Assembly: GCA_002633005.1 (NCBI GenBank)
Contig: NMRA01000413.1
Span: 237,251-301,250 of the forward strand
Direction: 5' to 3'
Length of the DNA stretch: 64,000 nt
Origin: Phoronis australis
Lineage: Eukaryota; Animalia; Phoronida
The translations under genes and the position numbers were made by a program. Shown piece after piece: positions 25,368-38,645 of the stretch. Below the pieces are notes generated by a model that saw only the letters and a list, made by a program, of their open reading frames with translations, had not been told where the DNA came from and searched no databases. Within the stretch, counting starts at the first letter, position 1, and each line of letters opens with the position of its first letter.

Positions 25368-25903
25368 GACACAGTGCAATATACGTAATACATGTTTTAG
25401 CAAAGTGCTAATCCATCAGGGGATTCAAAGTTTTTAAACTCATCTCATTTATGGTTCATTTTCAGCGGGCTTCCCATAGTAGACAGCGAGTGCTTAAAGA
25501 GATTCCCATCTTCACCCTTAAGGTTATCACAAACCTTATTTAGTGGCCTCCATTCTAACTCGTATATCAAAAAACTAAGCTTTGTCAACTAGTAAAAGTA
25601 TATATTTTCTGAAAGATAAAAGATCAGGAATGTAAAAATGTTTTGTATTTATGTACCATTATTATTACGTTAACACCGTTTTTAAGTCAAAATTTCCATT
25701 TTTAAGAAAGGCACATTTATAGCAAAATAACCCCTCGGTTGATTTAATGAAACCTTTTTTTAAATGAAAACTCCACCTTTTGCCTCAAAAACGCTGTTAG
25801 GGACTTCGTTTGGTTTCTATGAAAAATCAACTCACACAAACGAAAGGTATTTTGGTAAAAAATAGAAGTCGTATTCGTCTTCTGTTATATTACATAAAAA
25901 CTA

Positions 25904-26179
25904 AAAAAACAGTGCAGGTGGTCTGATGTCATTTGCGGTGCATCAGACGTGCGCAGGCCTCATAGTTGGGCCCATTGCACAAAACACCTGAGCAAAGGCA
26001 CGGGACCCCAATTACGGCTCCTCGTGAAGAAAGTTTTCAAGTCTGCCAGTCTCCTTTAGGAAAACGGACAGACGTTTCCATTTGTTGCCATGCACTATAT
26101 GTTGTAGGCATGTAACAGTGCCATCCAGTAGATTGCTCCTTAGCCTATAAAAAGCTGGGCAAGACTCAACCAGGTGTAC
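25904..26179 (-). mobile_element. 5'-truncated LINE (I/R1/LOA-like) 3' end with 15-bp TSD
   Basis: Perfect direct repeat ATTACATAAAAACTA at 25889-25903 and 26180-26194. The minus frame 26179-26012 reads VHLVESCPAFYRLRSNLL...RLSVFLKETGRLE..*, like the second half of the ORF2 CCHC knuckle plus C-terminal helix; a short 3'UTR follows. Confidence 0.75.
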
Positions 26180-29176
26180 ATTACATAAAAACTAGGCTTT
26201 TATATGGAAAATCCTGATAGAGTTTTTGAGATTGATGAATAAATATTAAGCTTGGAAAGTTTCAGAGAAATCCACCGAGAACTCGCGTTCCATATGTTCA
26301 AATAAATTCGATTTGCCGAGGCCGAGAAAATGCCAATTAAACTGGGACGAGTGAAAATCTCAGTCTTTGGTTAATTATTCGGTGAAAACTTGTTTTCGTT
26401 CAATATAACCTATGCATGCCTAAAACATGTCAAGTATTTCAACATTCACTCCCAATGTCAATAGAATTTGCGGCACATAATTAACTTAATTATCATTAAA
26501 ACGTACCGTCCCCAGCCACGAGGTGAGATCAACTGTTGTTGTTGTTTGACCTTCTTAAAAGTACGTCACAGTTCATTGTTATACACACGTCACGTGCCGG
26601 GAGACTGATACGAAACCAAGTAAAAACTGGATAACAAAAATCGAGTCGGTGGTTAAAGCATGTCGTTAGCATGAGGTCGAAACAGCGAAATGTCAATTTA
26701 CTTATTGAATTAAGGAATTTTGGTGTGGATTTATCTCTTTCATGCCGTATTTGATGTATTCATGACCAAAGAGGCGTTATCAATGGTCGTATATGCATGT
26801 AGACGCACAACTCCCTCAGGATCAAAACTACGTAATGTTATTGTTTTCCCCGGAACCGTTCCATCATAATTACACCTCGTTCACTCAATACTATGGGGAC
26901 TCGGTGAATGAAAGGACTGAGGGGCCATGCAAGTACGAAGTTGTTCTGTACCTGGCAGGAGATTGGATTTGAGTGACAACCCCGTAACCTTTGACCTCGG
27001 ATAAGTTGGGTGTGACCTGTGAGCGCCAACAAAAGATTTCAAGAACGCTTTAACAATAGAAACTTGTTACCTGATTCTGTAAACTCCATTCGTCTGGAGT
27101 TAAAACTGTACGAGTACATTTTTTACTATACCAAAAAACTACTCATGTTAAGAAAAACAATAGAGAGCACAAAGGGATACATTTATCAATACGAGCTAGC
27201 GCATTTGATAGAATTTCATTCAAACAATCTGAGAAAGAAGGCGTGAAGTGTATGAACCGTTTTCCTCCGTGTAAAAAATACCATGTAAACTCATGAAATA
27301 TAGCGTCACTTTCGTGAAATGTAACAATGGTATATTTTTCGCATGTGTATTGGACGTAGGTTGTAACAATTAAATAAAATGTTACAACTTGGTACATTTT
27401 AGGAGAGGTCTAATATACGTAAAATGTCACAATGGAGTAAAACGTGACATTTGTTACATTTTACGAAATTGTTACATTTTACGGCGTAGCAAGCGTCGCC
27501 GTATTGCATATTGTGCTTCTACAACTAGAAACGCAATCTAACTAACAACCAGAACTATTTTCAAGATCTATAATACACGGGATTGTTGTGAGATATGACA
27601 TGCCTATGAAGGACATAATCTACTCAGTTGTATAGCAAGTATCTCATAGCACCCTAAAGAAAGCAAAATATTAAAAACCTAGATAACGAGATTATACAAG
27701 AAGACTTAACATGAACGATTAAAGCGTCAACAAGAAATTTGACACAAATGATTGAAATACTGTCGATTAAAATATCACATTTGTTAACTGGAATGTAAAA
27801 AATCAACAGATGAATTACTTTGAAGGACGCCAGAGTCGAGATTGTTCCATGGCAGGACACCAGAATGAAAGAAATGCGTACCAAAATTACTTCTGATATT
27901 TAATTTAGATATTGCCACTGTCACTAGACCTAATATTTCTTGTGTGAATCTAGTGGGTAATTTATTTTGTTACAAAGATACTCACTCAGAAACCATGCCA
28001 TTGTCTCTTGAACATAGCTAAACACATAGGCCTATAAAAACTTCTACGCATATCCAAAGCGACACACTTATTTATTTATTTGCCAGCAAAATAGTTCGTG
28101 AAGCCGAATTCTACAATTGATATAAACTAAATTTGACACCATTATTACAAAAGTTCTCTAAAACGTCACAATATTCTAACCGTGACAAACCTAAAGCTAT
28201 GTGTAATACATTTAGATAGACAACGTTCAAACGCCTTCCTACCTGATGAGACAACGGTCTTCAACTGTTCAGCGCAGTCTCAACTAAAGCAATAAAAGGT
28301 TAAAATTACTAATCTTCAGTAATTTCAGTTTCATTTGAAACATTTTAAAACTAATGTCCATGTTTGACCAAGACACAATTAGCAATTAAGCTCTAGAAAT
28401 ATGTAATTCTAGCCGTTAGGCGGGTGGAGCAACACATCGATCGATACTGATACTTAATATTCTGTCCGCAATTCTATATATGATATTTTTTATTCCGATA
28501 CCACATAATATTTGAACCTGAATCTCTTAAGTAGATATCTGTTCCGGGTGCAGGCCGAGAACAAAACTCTTTCTGTGTAGAGATGTTGGCGGTCATAATT
28601 CCCAGTGTATCGGAAGCAGCTAAGGGAGATTTGAGAAAAATTGCGCGACATGTCTTTCGTCCGTTTTTGTTTCTGTTTCCAGAAAAATTGCCCCCTAAGT
28701 CGAGCGAAAACTGATTTTCATCAAACCACACTTATATTTGGATTGAAGACACATGAAGAAACAGCGTGACTTTCCATCCGGGTCAAGTCCCCGGGCTGGC
28801 TTCTTTGAACTACGAAAATATGTCTAAGTCTTGAAAAACGGGCCGTTCCAGTTTCAGAAGTGGGTCTTTGAATTTTTTTAGTCTCGGAAAATGCACCGTT
28901 CATCGGATATGTGTGCTTTTTTCAGAAGGACGTGGAAAAGGGCAGACCGGGGTGGCCACCGGGAGCTGTGGGTAATAAAGCAACCTCGATTAACATACAT
29001 CCCGAAATGGAAATTTGCAAAAACAGGCCGTTGTGGCAAGCTTCCCTCGACGTCCACAGTAAGGTTCTCTGCGGACCCGTGCGACAACCGCCGCATCGAC
29101 ATGTAATAATGGTTCATAGCCAAATCCGCGGGCCAGTCTCTGTGGACGGCGAGTGCCACGTCGCGATGGATTCTAT

Positions 29177-31956
29177 TTGTCCAGTCAGCCTAGGGCTCCA
29201 GAGGGCCCAACCTAGAAAAATTGCAACAGAAGGTTTTTTGCATAAATGGCATCTTCAAACATCCCTTGGTCACAGAGAAAAGTCTACCGAAATCGGAGTG
29301 GCGGAAGTCGGTTTTTCAAGACGGCGGAAAAATGGCCGCCAAAACCGGTGTTTATTGCTTTTTGGCATTTTACTCTTATGCAACTGCTGGAAATAACACA
29401 ATAAAGCTTGTCATTGGTTATATACTTTTCAGGCATACCAATCAAAAGATGCCAATCAATTTTCAGTAAAATAAAACCAATATGGCTGACAAAATGGCGG
29501 CCGAAACGACATTTTGGTACATGTTGCAAAAATTCTTTTCTTATTTTGCCCTGAAAATGGCAAAATTTCTATGCATTTGTAAGTTAAACTGTCAGACTGT
29601 AGGTTTGTTTAAAAGCTAGCTATGCTTTGAGATTGTGCATAGATGGAGAGTAAATAATCAAATCCAGTAATTAATTTATTATATGATAATCCTTAATTAG
29701 ACAATTAAGTAACCAACTACAAAGAAGAGTAACTACACTAGCGCCCTCTTTAAAGATTACTTTACTCAATCGACCAAAATAATCTTCGCCTTATCTGCTA
29801 TCCAAGCTAGGACTCTCCACTTGTTGGATGACTGTCCTGTTGGTGAATCTTCGAACTACACACACTGTAAAGCGACAGTGTACTTGCTGGTCACCGTCTC
29901 TGGTGTTGCAACACTTGCAGGCAATTTCTTCTACCCGCGATTCTTCTTGCTGGTCACAGTCTCTGGCTGATGACGCAACTCTTCAGGTAGTATCTTACTA
30001 CCCACGGTGCAAGAGACAAGCTCTTAGTTAACTTCCTGTTCGTTATCCCGGCCTTGGCCCTTGCCAAGATCCTTTCTAGAATCCTCCACGAGATGGCTCT
30101 GTCGTAAAATTGCTTCTGTACACCGTAGCAAGTCTTTATGCTTCAACTACTATAGCGCATCTAAATATCTTGTTGACTTAAGCTCATATTATAATATTCT
30201 ACTTATTTAGTGATTGGTTAATAAAAAGCACATGATTATATCCACTCATATTATTGGCTGTTACAGTTTGTTCTCAGAATTTTCTAGAATCTCTAGAGTA
30301 CTTTGACCCCAGAACCCAAAGTTGTAAACACCAGATTTTGACGTTAAAGTACAGGTCAACAAGTCTAACCCCATGATTTAAAAGTACATATGCACAAATT
30401 TTGGGAAACTTAAAATGGATCTATTCTTACTAATTACTTAATCAATACATGCATTTATTCTGACATAAACAATTGAAAATATCTGGACTGATTGGAGAGG
30501 AAAAAAAATGGCTGTGCCAACAGTTGTTGAGTCCTTGCAGGTTCAATTTGCTTAATCAGTGAAGGTGTACTAGTCTTGCTCAGTGCAGACAGACTATTGT
30601 GTAGGTTGTGTTTATATGCGAGGCAGTGTTGGCCATTTCTTATATTTTTGTGTCAAATGTGGAAATTTAAATGACTTGCAACGCAGGCGATTTGTGGAAA
30701 AGGTATCATCAAGCGTAGCCCAAGTCCAAATACAGTCATTACCACCAACTGCTTCCAGGACAAAAACAAGAGTGGTCAAGTATCTGTGGCAGTGACCTAG
30801 AACTGCTGGATTGAGGATGGATGGAAAACTCATTCCCATGACGACGGACCAGCCAGCAGCACCAGAGAACCTGCTGATGTTAAGATGCTCCAGCAAGACC
30901 AACTGCATGTCCAAGAGATGTACTCACAAGAAGTTAGGATTGTCGTGCTCGGTTGTATGTGGAGAATGCAGTGATATAAGCTGCAGCAATTCATTCTCAA
31001 TTGAAAGAGATTAGTTGTGTAAATACTTGTTGGTTGTGTATAGATTTTGATTACAGACTGAGAATTACTGCACTGAACACATCTGTAACATCACCAAAGA
31101 GAAGCCTAGTGGGAGCTGTTCAAGCGCTTATAAACTGTTTAACTTGCTAAACACACCTTACTAAAACTTTCTCCTGTCTCAACTGTTGCTGTATTCACTA
31201 GCATTTATAACTAACTAGAGGTGACACAAACGGTCTATTGGTGTGGATAGTATATTGCTGAATTAGTCGCGGATAATTATTTTCGACATAGCACATTTTT
31301 ACGGAGGCGAACCTGATGTTCTCACCCAAATAAGTTGTTATTTCAGGTTTAACAATCTTGAAAATGTTAGTCGTATAAATCAGAGCCAGACAAAAATAAT
31401 TTTATGGACATGTTGATCTCTGAAACTCAGAATGTGAAATCTGGGAAGATGGTGTATCTCTGGAGTCTGAAGTTCTTACACCAAGCAACTATTTGGTGGC
31501 CACATTAGAAAATGGTAGAAGTAATTGTTAGAACCAAACGCAATTAGTCTCAATAGATTAGTCAACCCGGAAAACCAATGGTGCAATGTTTGAATCAACA
31601 CAATACACTAATCTGTTTGTGCGAAGCTGTGTGTCTCGAAGTAGTTTTGGCGGCCATCTTGTAAAATGGCGGATGGTGTCACCGCAGCCATGCAAAACTA
31701 TTTCCACGGATTTGCTGACCCACAGAAGATACGTAAACCTTTTTGAATCTTTACTCTATCACATTCCACTCTCAAGTTATAATGGTCATATGCAAATCTT
31801 GCGGCCATTTTGTCCGCCCTCTTGAATAACCAACTTCCACCACCCCGATTCCGGAAGGCTTTCTTTCTCACAGTAAGGGGTATGAGACGATACAATTTAT
31901 GCAGTAAAACCTTCTGTTGCAATTATTTCAGGGTTATCCGTAGAATGACTGGACTG
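29177..31956. mobile_element. Old Academ-type element with diverged ~170-bp TIRs
   Basis: Left (TT)GTCCAGTCA..AATTGCAACAGAAGGTTTT..AAAATGGCCGC is the inverted match of 31800-31956; internal transposase C-terminus; TSD not preserved. Confidence 0.7.
30660..31014 (+). pseudogene. C-terminus of an Academ-type transposase (LPPT motif and Cys-rich zinc finger)
   Basis: LNDLQRRRFVEKV...QSLPPT, then DGKLIPMTTDQPAAPENLL..CSSKTNCMSKRCTHKKLGLSCSVVCGECSDISCSN (CXC/Cys8-type finger); frame-shifted. Confidence 0.7.
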
Positions 31957-33439
31957 AAAGTGTGCATGCTGGGTTTGTAAGACGGTACAAAGAAGCGGCG
32001 GCTCAATCGCACATGATCACAGTGAGTGTCCCTCACCTCTGTTAGCTTACCGGTCGTGCCTGAGAACGGCGATGTGTCCGTGACATTCAATTTTTCCCGG
32101 CAGCAGTTTTGTGTTGTTTATACGGCGATGTTCGTGTAGCCTGCGAAGTTTTGTGAATATTTATTCCCTCAGTAATTCAGCTCATTTCAAAAGTCCAAAC
32201 ATACAGCTTCTTACGGTTTAACGGTGCAATGTTTAGAAATTACTTCTTAATAAAAGAACCTGAAATTAGTTTTCGGGTCTGAGAAGTAAGCATCCTTAAA
32301 TTGATGGGAATTATAAGCCGTCCAGCACATAGAATATATGAAATAGTTTGAATCTGTAATAGGCTTGTTTGAGAAAAAACTTCAACGTTTGGTCAGCCAC
32401 TGATGACTTTATCAAGCCTGTGCGACATCTCCTGAGAATGAGATAAACAGCTGGGAGTTCGTTAACACTCGATCCCAAGTGAGTGACCAGTTAAGAGTGA
32501 CTCCGTATAAAAACCAGCAAGTAGAGTCTATTCCCAAAACCACAGATTTTTTGAGACTTATCACATGATTTTGCTTTGGTGAGATGTAGGAAATTCTCGC
32601 TATTTAAGCATTTTCATCCATTATTTCTCTTTTTACGACATGTACCTCCATTTTGTAACAAAACTGGACACTGAAGTAGACATATTTGAATGTCTTTTAC
32701 TAGCATATATAGCTAGCTGATAACAAATGAGTGATACGGTATTAAAGGACTATAATTGAATAATTTAATGGCACATTTTTCAAATATGTATGATTTGATT
32801 TTGTATGATAAAAACGGCTATTTTGAAGGATTTCTCTGAAGCCATTTTTGGCTAAATTTGGCACTCTGTAGCAGCCATATTGCACCTTTCCGAAAATTTA
32901 CTTCATGATAATTTGCTCAGTCATTTCTAACTTATTCATAATCTAAAATATAAAATCTTGCCTCTCGCACTGTTTTTGCTTACAAAGTATTACACGAAAT
33001 GCACTTGGTCATATTTGCCTGTTCTCAGTTGCCTCGGCTCTTGGAACATGTAATTAGCTTGCAAAAACACGTCGTAAATAGCTTGTATCTTAGAGAAAAA
33101 GCAGACAGCATTACTAATAACCACTCCCTGAAAACCACACTGATGGTTATTGGGTATTTCTTATAACAAAAATTATACACATAAATTATGATTAGCATGC
33201 TTGCTTCTTCTGTATCATAGACTGCGTCACTTTTTGATTCCATGGGGACTGTGGACACGACTGCAAGCCGAATCTGCTTTGCTCTCGTTTTTTATCTTGT
33301 TGTGAGAGCCACTGGTATAGAAAGGGGAGCACCCAAGTGAAAACACCCAATAGAAAACAATTTTATCAATGACAGACATTAGGTCAATAAATTTCGACAC
33401 AAGTAGCGGTACTCTGGATTTTATACCCAATGACTACGT

Positions 33440-33731
33440 TTGTGGCGTAGCAAGGCGGGTGTCAGGTATCCCCAGGCGCCTGCCGAAGAGGATGCCAAAC
33501 AGGTGCTGTCCAAGGGGGCATAACCAGGCATCTGTTGACTGGAGGTTATAGCAACCGACCGGGGTGGGGCTGGGATGCCACTTGAGATGTCGGCACATGG
33601 GCGGTGCAGCCCCCCCCCTGTGGTGCACCGCCCACCATAGGCGGCATAGCACTGAAAAAGTGGTGCTATAGCCACCCCCCGCCCTAGACCCCTGGGTGCG
33701 AAGGGGCAAGGAGGTGCTCGCTACACCACTG
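33440..33731. mobile_element. GC-rich hAT-like MITE
   Basis: Ends TTGTGGCGTAGCAAG / CTCGCTACACCACTG; GC island in an AT background; partially matching flanks (GACT..). Confidence 0.6.
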
Positions 33732-34277
33732 GACTGACTACTGTCATTTCAGGTGTTCAAGGTACAGAATGCTGGGTGAACCCCGCACCAAATTCTTTTC
33801 GTTGAACATTGCATCTGAATTGACTCCACCACTGGTCCTGCTCAGTCACAAAATTACCTAATCTGGTTAGTAGGTCATCCTCTGTCTGGCACTGGCCTTG
33901 ATTTATGAGTTACTTTACAGCATCTCAGATGTTCTTATATGTTACGAAAAATAAGACACATAATTTCCAGAAAAATGATATCTTAATTCAGTGAAATTTT
34001 TCTCTCATGTCCTCTTACTTGTAAATCACCGATCTCCAGTTTGAAAGCTATAATAGTTGGTAAACCTTAATTCATAAATTCAATTTATTTCTATAATATT
34101 TAAGTTTTTAATTGGTTTTGAGTAAAAGCATTATTTGACAAAAATAGCCCGGCTTTTCTTAAAAGGTCACAACCTCCGACCCCGGGCCTCTGACATAGAA
34201 AGTAGTTACAAAGCCGGGAAGAGTCAGAAAAGGTAAATCTATTCATTGCAATGTTTCTCATTTAGTATGTGGTATAA

Positions 34278-34385
34278 ATAGATTATTACATGTTCTCAGC
34301 CGTTATCCCCCGTTATCTAGAGCTCGGGTGGATTTTGGAGAATTATTGCCCGAGGGGATAACGACTTCGCCATGTAATAATCTAT
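34278..34385. mobile_element. 108-bp hairpin MITE
   Basis: Perfect 15-bp TIR ATAGATTATTACATG / CATGTAATAATCTAT plus inner inverted CGTTATCCCC / GGGGATAACG. Confidence 0.65.
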
Positions 34386-35519
34386 ACGTAACACTGAATT
34401 GGCTAAGCATTATCTGAAGCAATGTTGTCACGTAGACGATAGGCTTAAACATATAATACGTATGCATATTTCATTAAATCAAGACTGTAGCAATTGTTGG
34501 AGATCTTTTTCCACGCCTCTTCATATTCACAGATCTGATTTTTTTTGTATCTTGAGAAGACAGTAACGTGACTTGCATTATCACTTCACAATTACTAAAT
34601 ACATTATTGTTAGCACTCTCTCGGTTTAATAGACCGGGATCCCAGAGCTTTTTTGGGCATGAAAAGGTAACCAATTTTCTTTGGTGCCACAGTGCTCTAT
34701 GGGTATCCTGATGCTTGGAAATGGCCGTCTGGCGGGTTCGCCCTGGTGGGTGTGGTCAGGGGAGCCAAGAGAATTGCACTAAAAAATTGAGCTAGATCAA
34801 CTTTTCTGGTAACCACTTAAAACTGCCTTCAATACCTGCTACGTCATCCAATGTATCAAAATTGGTCACTGCCAGACAATTTCAGTGGTGGGGAGTACCC
34901 GCCAGACGAACATATACAGGGTACAAAAATTGATCTAGATCAATCCAAGAGGTAACCGCTTGAAACCAGTCGCAAAATATTCACCGTAAGCCCAGGTATC
35001 ACGAATGAACACTGACAGACAAATCTAGTGGTGGGTTACCCCCGCCAGACACGCCCAAATACCAGAATTGAGCTAGATCAACCCATCAGGTAACCGTTTG
35101 AAACCAATTGCACGATGTTCAGCATCACTGAACATGGAACAACAGTTANGCCACTAAGTCTGTACGACATAGGTCACCGCACAAGGTGAGAGATTTTTGT
35201 CAGCAAGTTTATGTCAGGGCATGAAAACCAGAAAAATCGCGCCTGAGGTTGGAGCGACCTCACAAGTCCATGCGAAAACAGCGGATTACTCCACATAATT
35301 CACTATTAAAAACAAAACCTAAAAACCCGTCCAAGACGGATATCACATTGTGTTTGCACTAATTTCCATTTTTCGTTGTCCTATTTTACCAGTCTAAACT
35401 GCGTCCTTTTGTTTTCGGACGAGTCATTTGATGCAACTGCTAAAAGGAATAATAACCAAAATTCCGTCTTTTGCTGTCGCCTGCGTTATGTTTGCGCGCC
35501 ATCTACCTTCATTTCACAC

Positions 35520-35840
35520 AGTGATTAATGGCAAATTTGGCAAAACTGGTCAGTTTTTGGCAATCTTCGTCTTTCTCATAAACCGAGCCCACAGAGAACT
35601 CCAGAGATGCGTCAAGAACAATGACTTCAGTGGCTGTATCAACATTTTCCCGACTATGCTAGATGTATTCTTTGCCCTGAACCGCCCAAACTACGCCAGA
35701 TGGGGAACATTGTTTTACCAAAAATTGAAATTGGCAAACCCAATATTACGTGAAGCGCTGGAAGACGGTGCGTTCTCAGTTCTACGTACGAGGAAGAACT
35801 TCAATAGGTCGGCTGTTGACCTCTCTTTGAAACAGTCTGT
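35520..35840 (+). pseudogene. Academ-like transposase fragment
   Basis: MLDVFFALNRPNYARWGTLFY..L...LEDGAFSVLRTRKNFNRSAVDLSLKQ fits the NYAR(W/Y)...G.F.V.R...D..(L/I)EQ block recalled from Academ-type transposases. Confidence 0.65.
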
Positions 35841-37365
35841 ATTTTTTATGTTCGATATGGTGTTCTCCAAAAATGCTGAAAACACCTCTGCGGCACGTGA
35901 TATTGGGTACGTATGGTCGTGTTAGATTTCGTGGAAACTATCAAAGCTGTAACGTAGGTAAAAAATTCTGTTCATGTTGCGAATATGTTATTCACAACTG
36001 ATTCGTGGGTACAACGAATCCTATTAATTTTTCATTTTAGTTAGATTGACAATCATTTCACAGATATGCGGGCAATAGAACTGTTCGCTTTTTGTCTTCA
36101 AAGTGAATATAAAACACGTTCGAATTCATTATTCATAGATGTTGTATATGGTGCTCAGCCACCGTGGCGACGGACCCTGGCATCCACATTGGGGAAGGGG
36201 GTATCCAACCACTATGTATAATATTTTTGGAAATAGTGACTGAATTGCAGTTGAATTAAATAAAGAATCTAGTTTATGCTTCACCTTTTTTTACTTTTAT
36301 TATAAATAATACAGGCCCATAGTCAGTACCCCTACTGAGGAGGGTTAGGGGGGTTCGATCGAACCCCCGACCCCGCTGAAAAGGTCCACCCCCAGCATAT
36401 TCGTTAAAGATAGGGTTTAATTGGACAATAACAACAAAATTGTTGCAGCTACTGGTGCTAACTACTATGATAACAATAATTTTGAGTTGAATTCGCTTCT
36501 GATTCAAACAGCGTCACGTGGCGTCGGACCGAACTCGGCAAACTTCGCCCAAGTGCAGCTGTTTGTGTAGATGACAGGATTGTGCATACGATAAGAGGAG
36601 GCTTTATGTTATTCATAAACCACGCGCGTAGTGGCTAAAACAAAGGGTAACAAGTGAGTCCAGAAGTTAATGTCTATACCTAAGCATGAAAGTCTAGCCC
36701 AAAGACCTAAGTAAGCTTCATGTTAATGTAAATAACAACGAGAGAACTCCCAAAAAGTAGTGCGGAGTGAATGCCTTAAACTCGGCCAAGAAACAAAACA
36801 GCAGAAAAATTGAGATTTGTTTTTCTGCTATTTTTGGTTTAATTGCAACCATAGTACGGTAGAAGTATAGGCATTTTTAAATTTTTATTTGAAAGTGATC
36901 GTCAAATATGCAAATATGTTGTTCAACCAGTGTCCACTTTGATTGTTGATTGATGGATTGACATGCATGCGTGTACACCTTTGAACGTTTCTGTTCTTTT
37001 AAATTCAGTACATGCTGACAGTAAGTTCATTATAGGCAGTCCTCCGTCGTGCTAAAAGCCAGACCTTCAACTACTGTGTTTTCCTGCACTGAGAATACAC
37101 CGTTGAGCATTTTCACGTTATGATGGAAAGGTAGGCATAGATCTCAACTTTGGTCAATGGAAATCTTCTCTAGTCAATCATTTCAATGGCGCACAACCCT
37201 GCAGACTTCATACGAGCCATAAACTAGATGGGAAAGATTTCCATGGTTCCATGTCACTATGACGAAGGTTCAATACTCCGAAGGTCCAGTACTCAAAATG
37301 CCCATTACTTCGAAGGTTCGTTATCTTCTAAAGATCACTACTTTGAATTTCCACTATTCCAAACC

Positions 37366-37722
37366 CTGGGCCCGGTCCTATTCTTTGTACTCAAAACGAA
37401 CTGGAAATTATTTTTGGCAATTTCTCTGCTCTTTTTGTGCGAACTCAAGATAAGTGGTTATCAGATTGTGGTCGAATAATTATAGTTCATGCATATGAGT
37501 TTCTAGTCCAAGTTTGCACTTAAAAACCCTCATATGCGTGCTACAAACTCGAGTAAAAACTCGAAACTTCGAGTTTAAACTCAAACTTTTAGGTTTAATG
37601 TTGAATTTGTCAACTTCAAACTAGGACTAATCAATCATCCACGTAAGTCATTATGTATTCTAGCATTGAGTAATGGACACTTATCTTGAGTTTCGAGTAA
37701 AAAGATTCGAGACTGGGCCCAG
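37366..37722. mobile_element. Harbinger-like MITE nested in the Academ-type element
   Basis: CTGGGCCC ends; inner inverted CTCAAGATAAGTG / CACTTATCTTGAG; inserted next to ~17-bp TACTCCGAAGGT-type repeats (37245-37365). Confidence 0.55.
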
Positions 37723-38110
37723 AATTCCGACAGTTCAATACTTTGGTTGTGTAATCACGACTCATTCTCAAGCAGAGACAACATCTGGGGTACGGCTGCG
37801 GCGACCAACGGCGGTTTCAAATTTAAGAAGACTAAATGGGACTCCCTGACTTCGTGAGGACTGGCAGGGACAGGGTGGCCTAGTAACTTCATTTAATTTC
37901 GACCCGGCTGTGTGCGTCGCGCTGCGATTCGATCTTGACATGGATTTGATGAATTGTGTCATGGCTGATAATTCATCAGTATTCCTACTTCATATCATTT
38001 TAAAATGCAAGTGCGTACTCATTTTAAGGCATGCGGGCAATTTCGCATGTGCATGAAATCTGACTAACGTTTCTGGTTGTGCTGGCCAGCTGGAGACGGT
38101 GGTCACTGTC

Positions 38111-38645
38111 NNNNNNNNNNNNNNNNNNNNNNNNNNNNNNNNNNNNNNNNNNNNNNNNNNNNNNNNNNNNNNNNNNNNNNNNNNNNNNNNNNNNNNNNNN
38201 NNNNNNNNNNNNNNNNNNNNNNNNNNNNNNNNNNNNNNNNNNNNNNNNNNNNNNNNNNNNNNNNNNNNNNNNNNNNNNNNNNNNNNNNNNNNNNNNNNNN
38301 NNNNNNNNNNNNNNNNNNNNNNNNNNNNNNNNNNNNNNNNNNNNNNNNNNNNNNNNNNNNNNNNNNNNNNNNNNNNNNNNNNNNNNNNNNNNNNNNNNNN
38401 NNNNNNNNNNNNNNNNNNNNNNNNNNNNNNNNNNNNNNNNNNNNNNNNNNNNNNNNNNNNNNNNNNNNNNNNNNNNNNNNNNNNNNNNNNNNNNNNNNNN
38501 NNNNNNNNNNNNNNNNNNNNNNNNNNNNNNNNNNNNNNNNNNNNNNNNNNNNNNNNNNNNNNNNNNNNNNNNNNNNNNNNNNNNNNNNNNNNNNNNNNNN
38601 NNNNNNNNNNNNNNNNNNNNNNNNNNNNNNNNNNNNNNNNNNNNN
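38111..38645. other. Assembly gap (N run)
   Basis: 535 N bases adjacent to the tandem-repeat TIR. Confidence 1.

Larger units (their letters stand above)
24724..27491. mobile_element. Non-autonomous TIR element with TG..CA ends, 6-bp TSD and subterminal TGTAACAA/TTGTTACA arrays
   Basis: Left TGATACGTCGTAAAATGTAAGAATTTTGTAAA versus right-end reverse complement TGCTACGCCGTAAAATGTAACAATTTCGTAAA; flanks AGTGTC / AGCGTC. Confidence 0.7.

Noticed and set aside
25045-25411. Leu/Ile-rich and Asn/Ser-rich ORFs
   Set aside because: Translations of an (ATT/ACT)n microsatellite.
28243-28268. Hammerhead ribozyme (CTGATGA-GAC-AACG-GTC)
   Set aside because: The required GAAA after stem II is missing; similar near-misses at ~60363 and ~63816 also lack the core.
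28474-29396. Cluster of overlapping GC-richer ORFs
   Set aside because: No recognisable domain; overlaps a probable non-coding DNA element and the Academ-type TIR.
29730-30390. Solo LTR
   Set aside because: LTR-like composition, but TG..CA ends and a TSD could not be established.
34674-35149. CRISPR-like regularly spaced repeats
   Set aside because: The whole ~140-bp unit is repeated with no unique spacers, it forms a transposon TIR, the context is eukaryotic and there are no cas genes.
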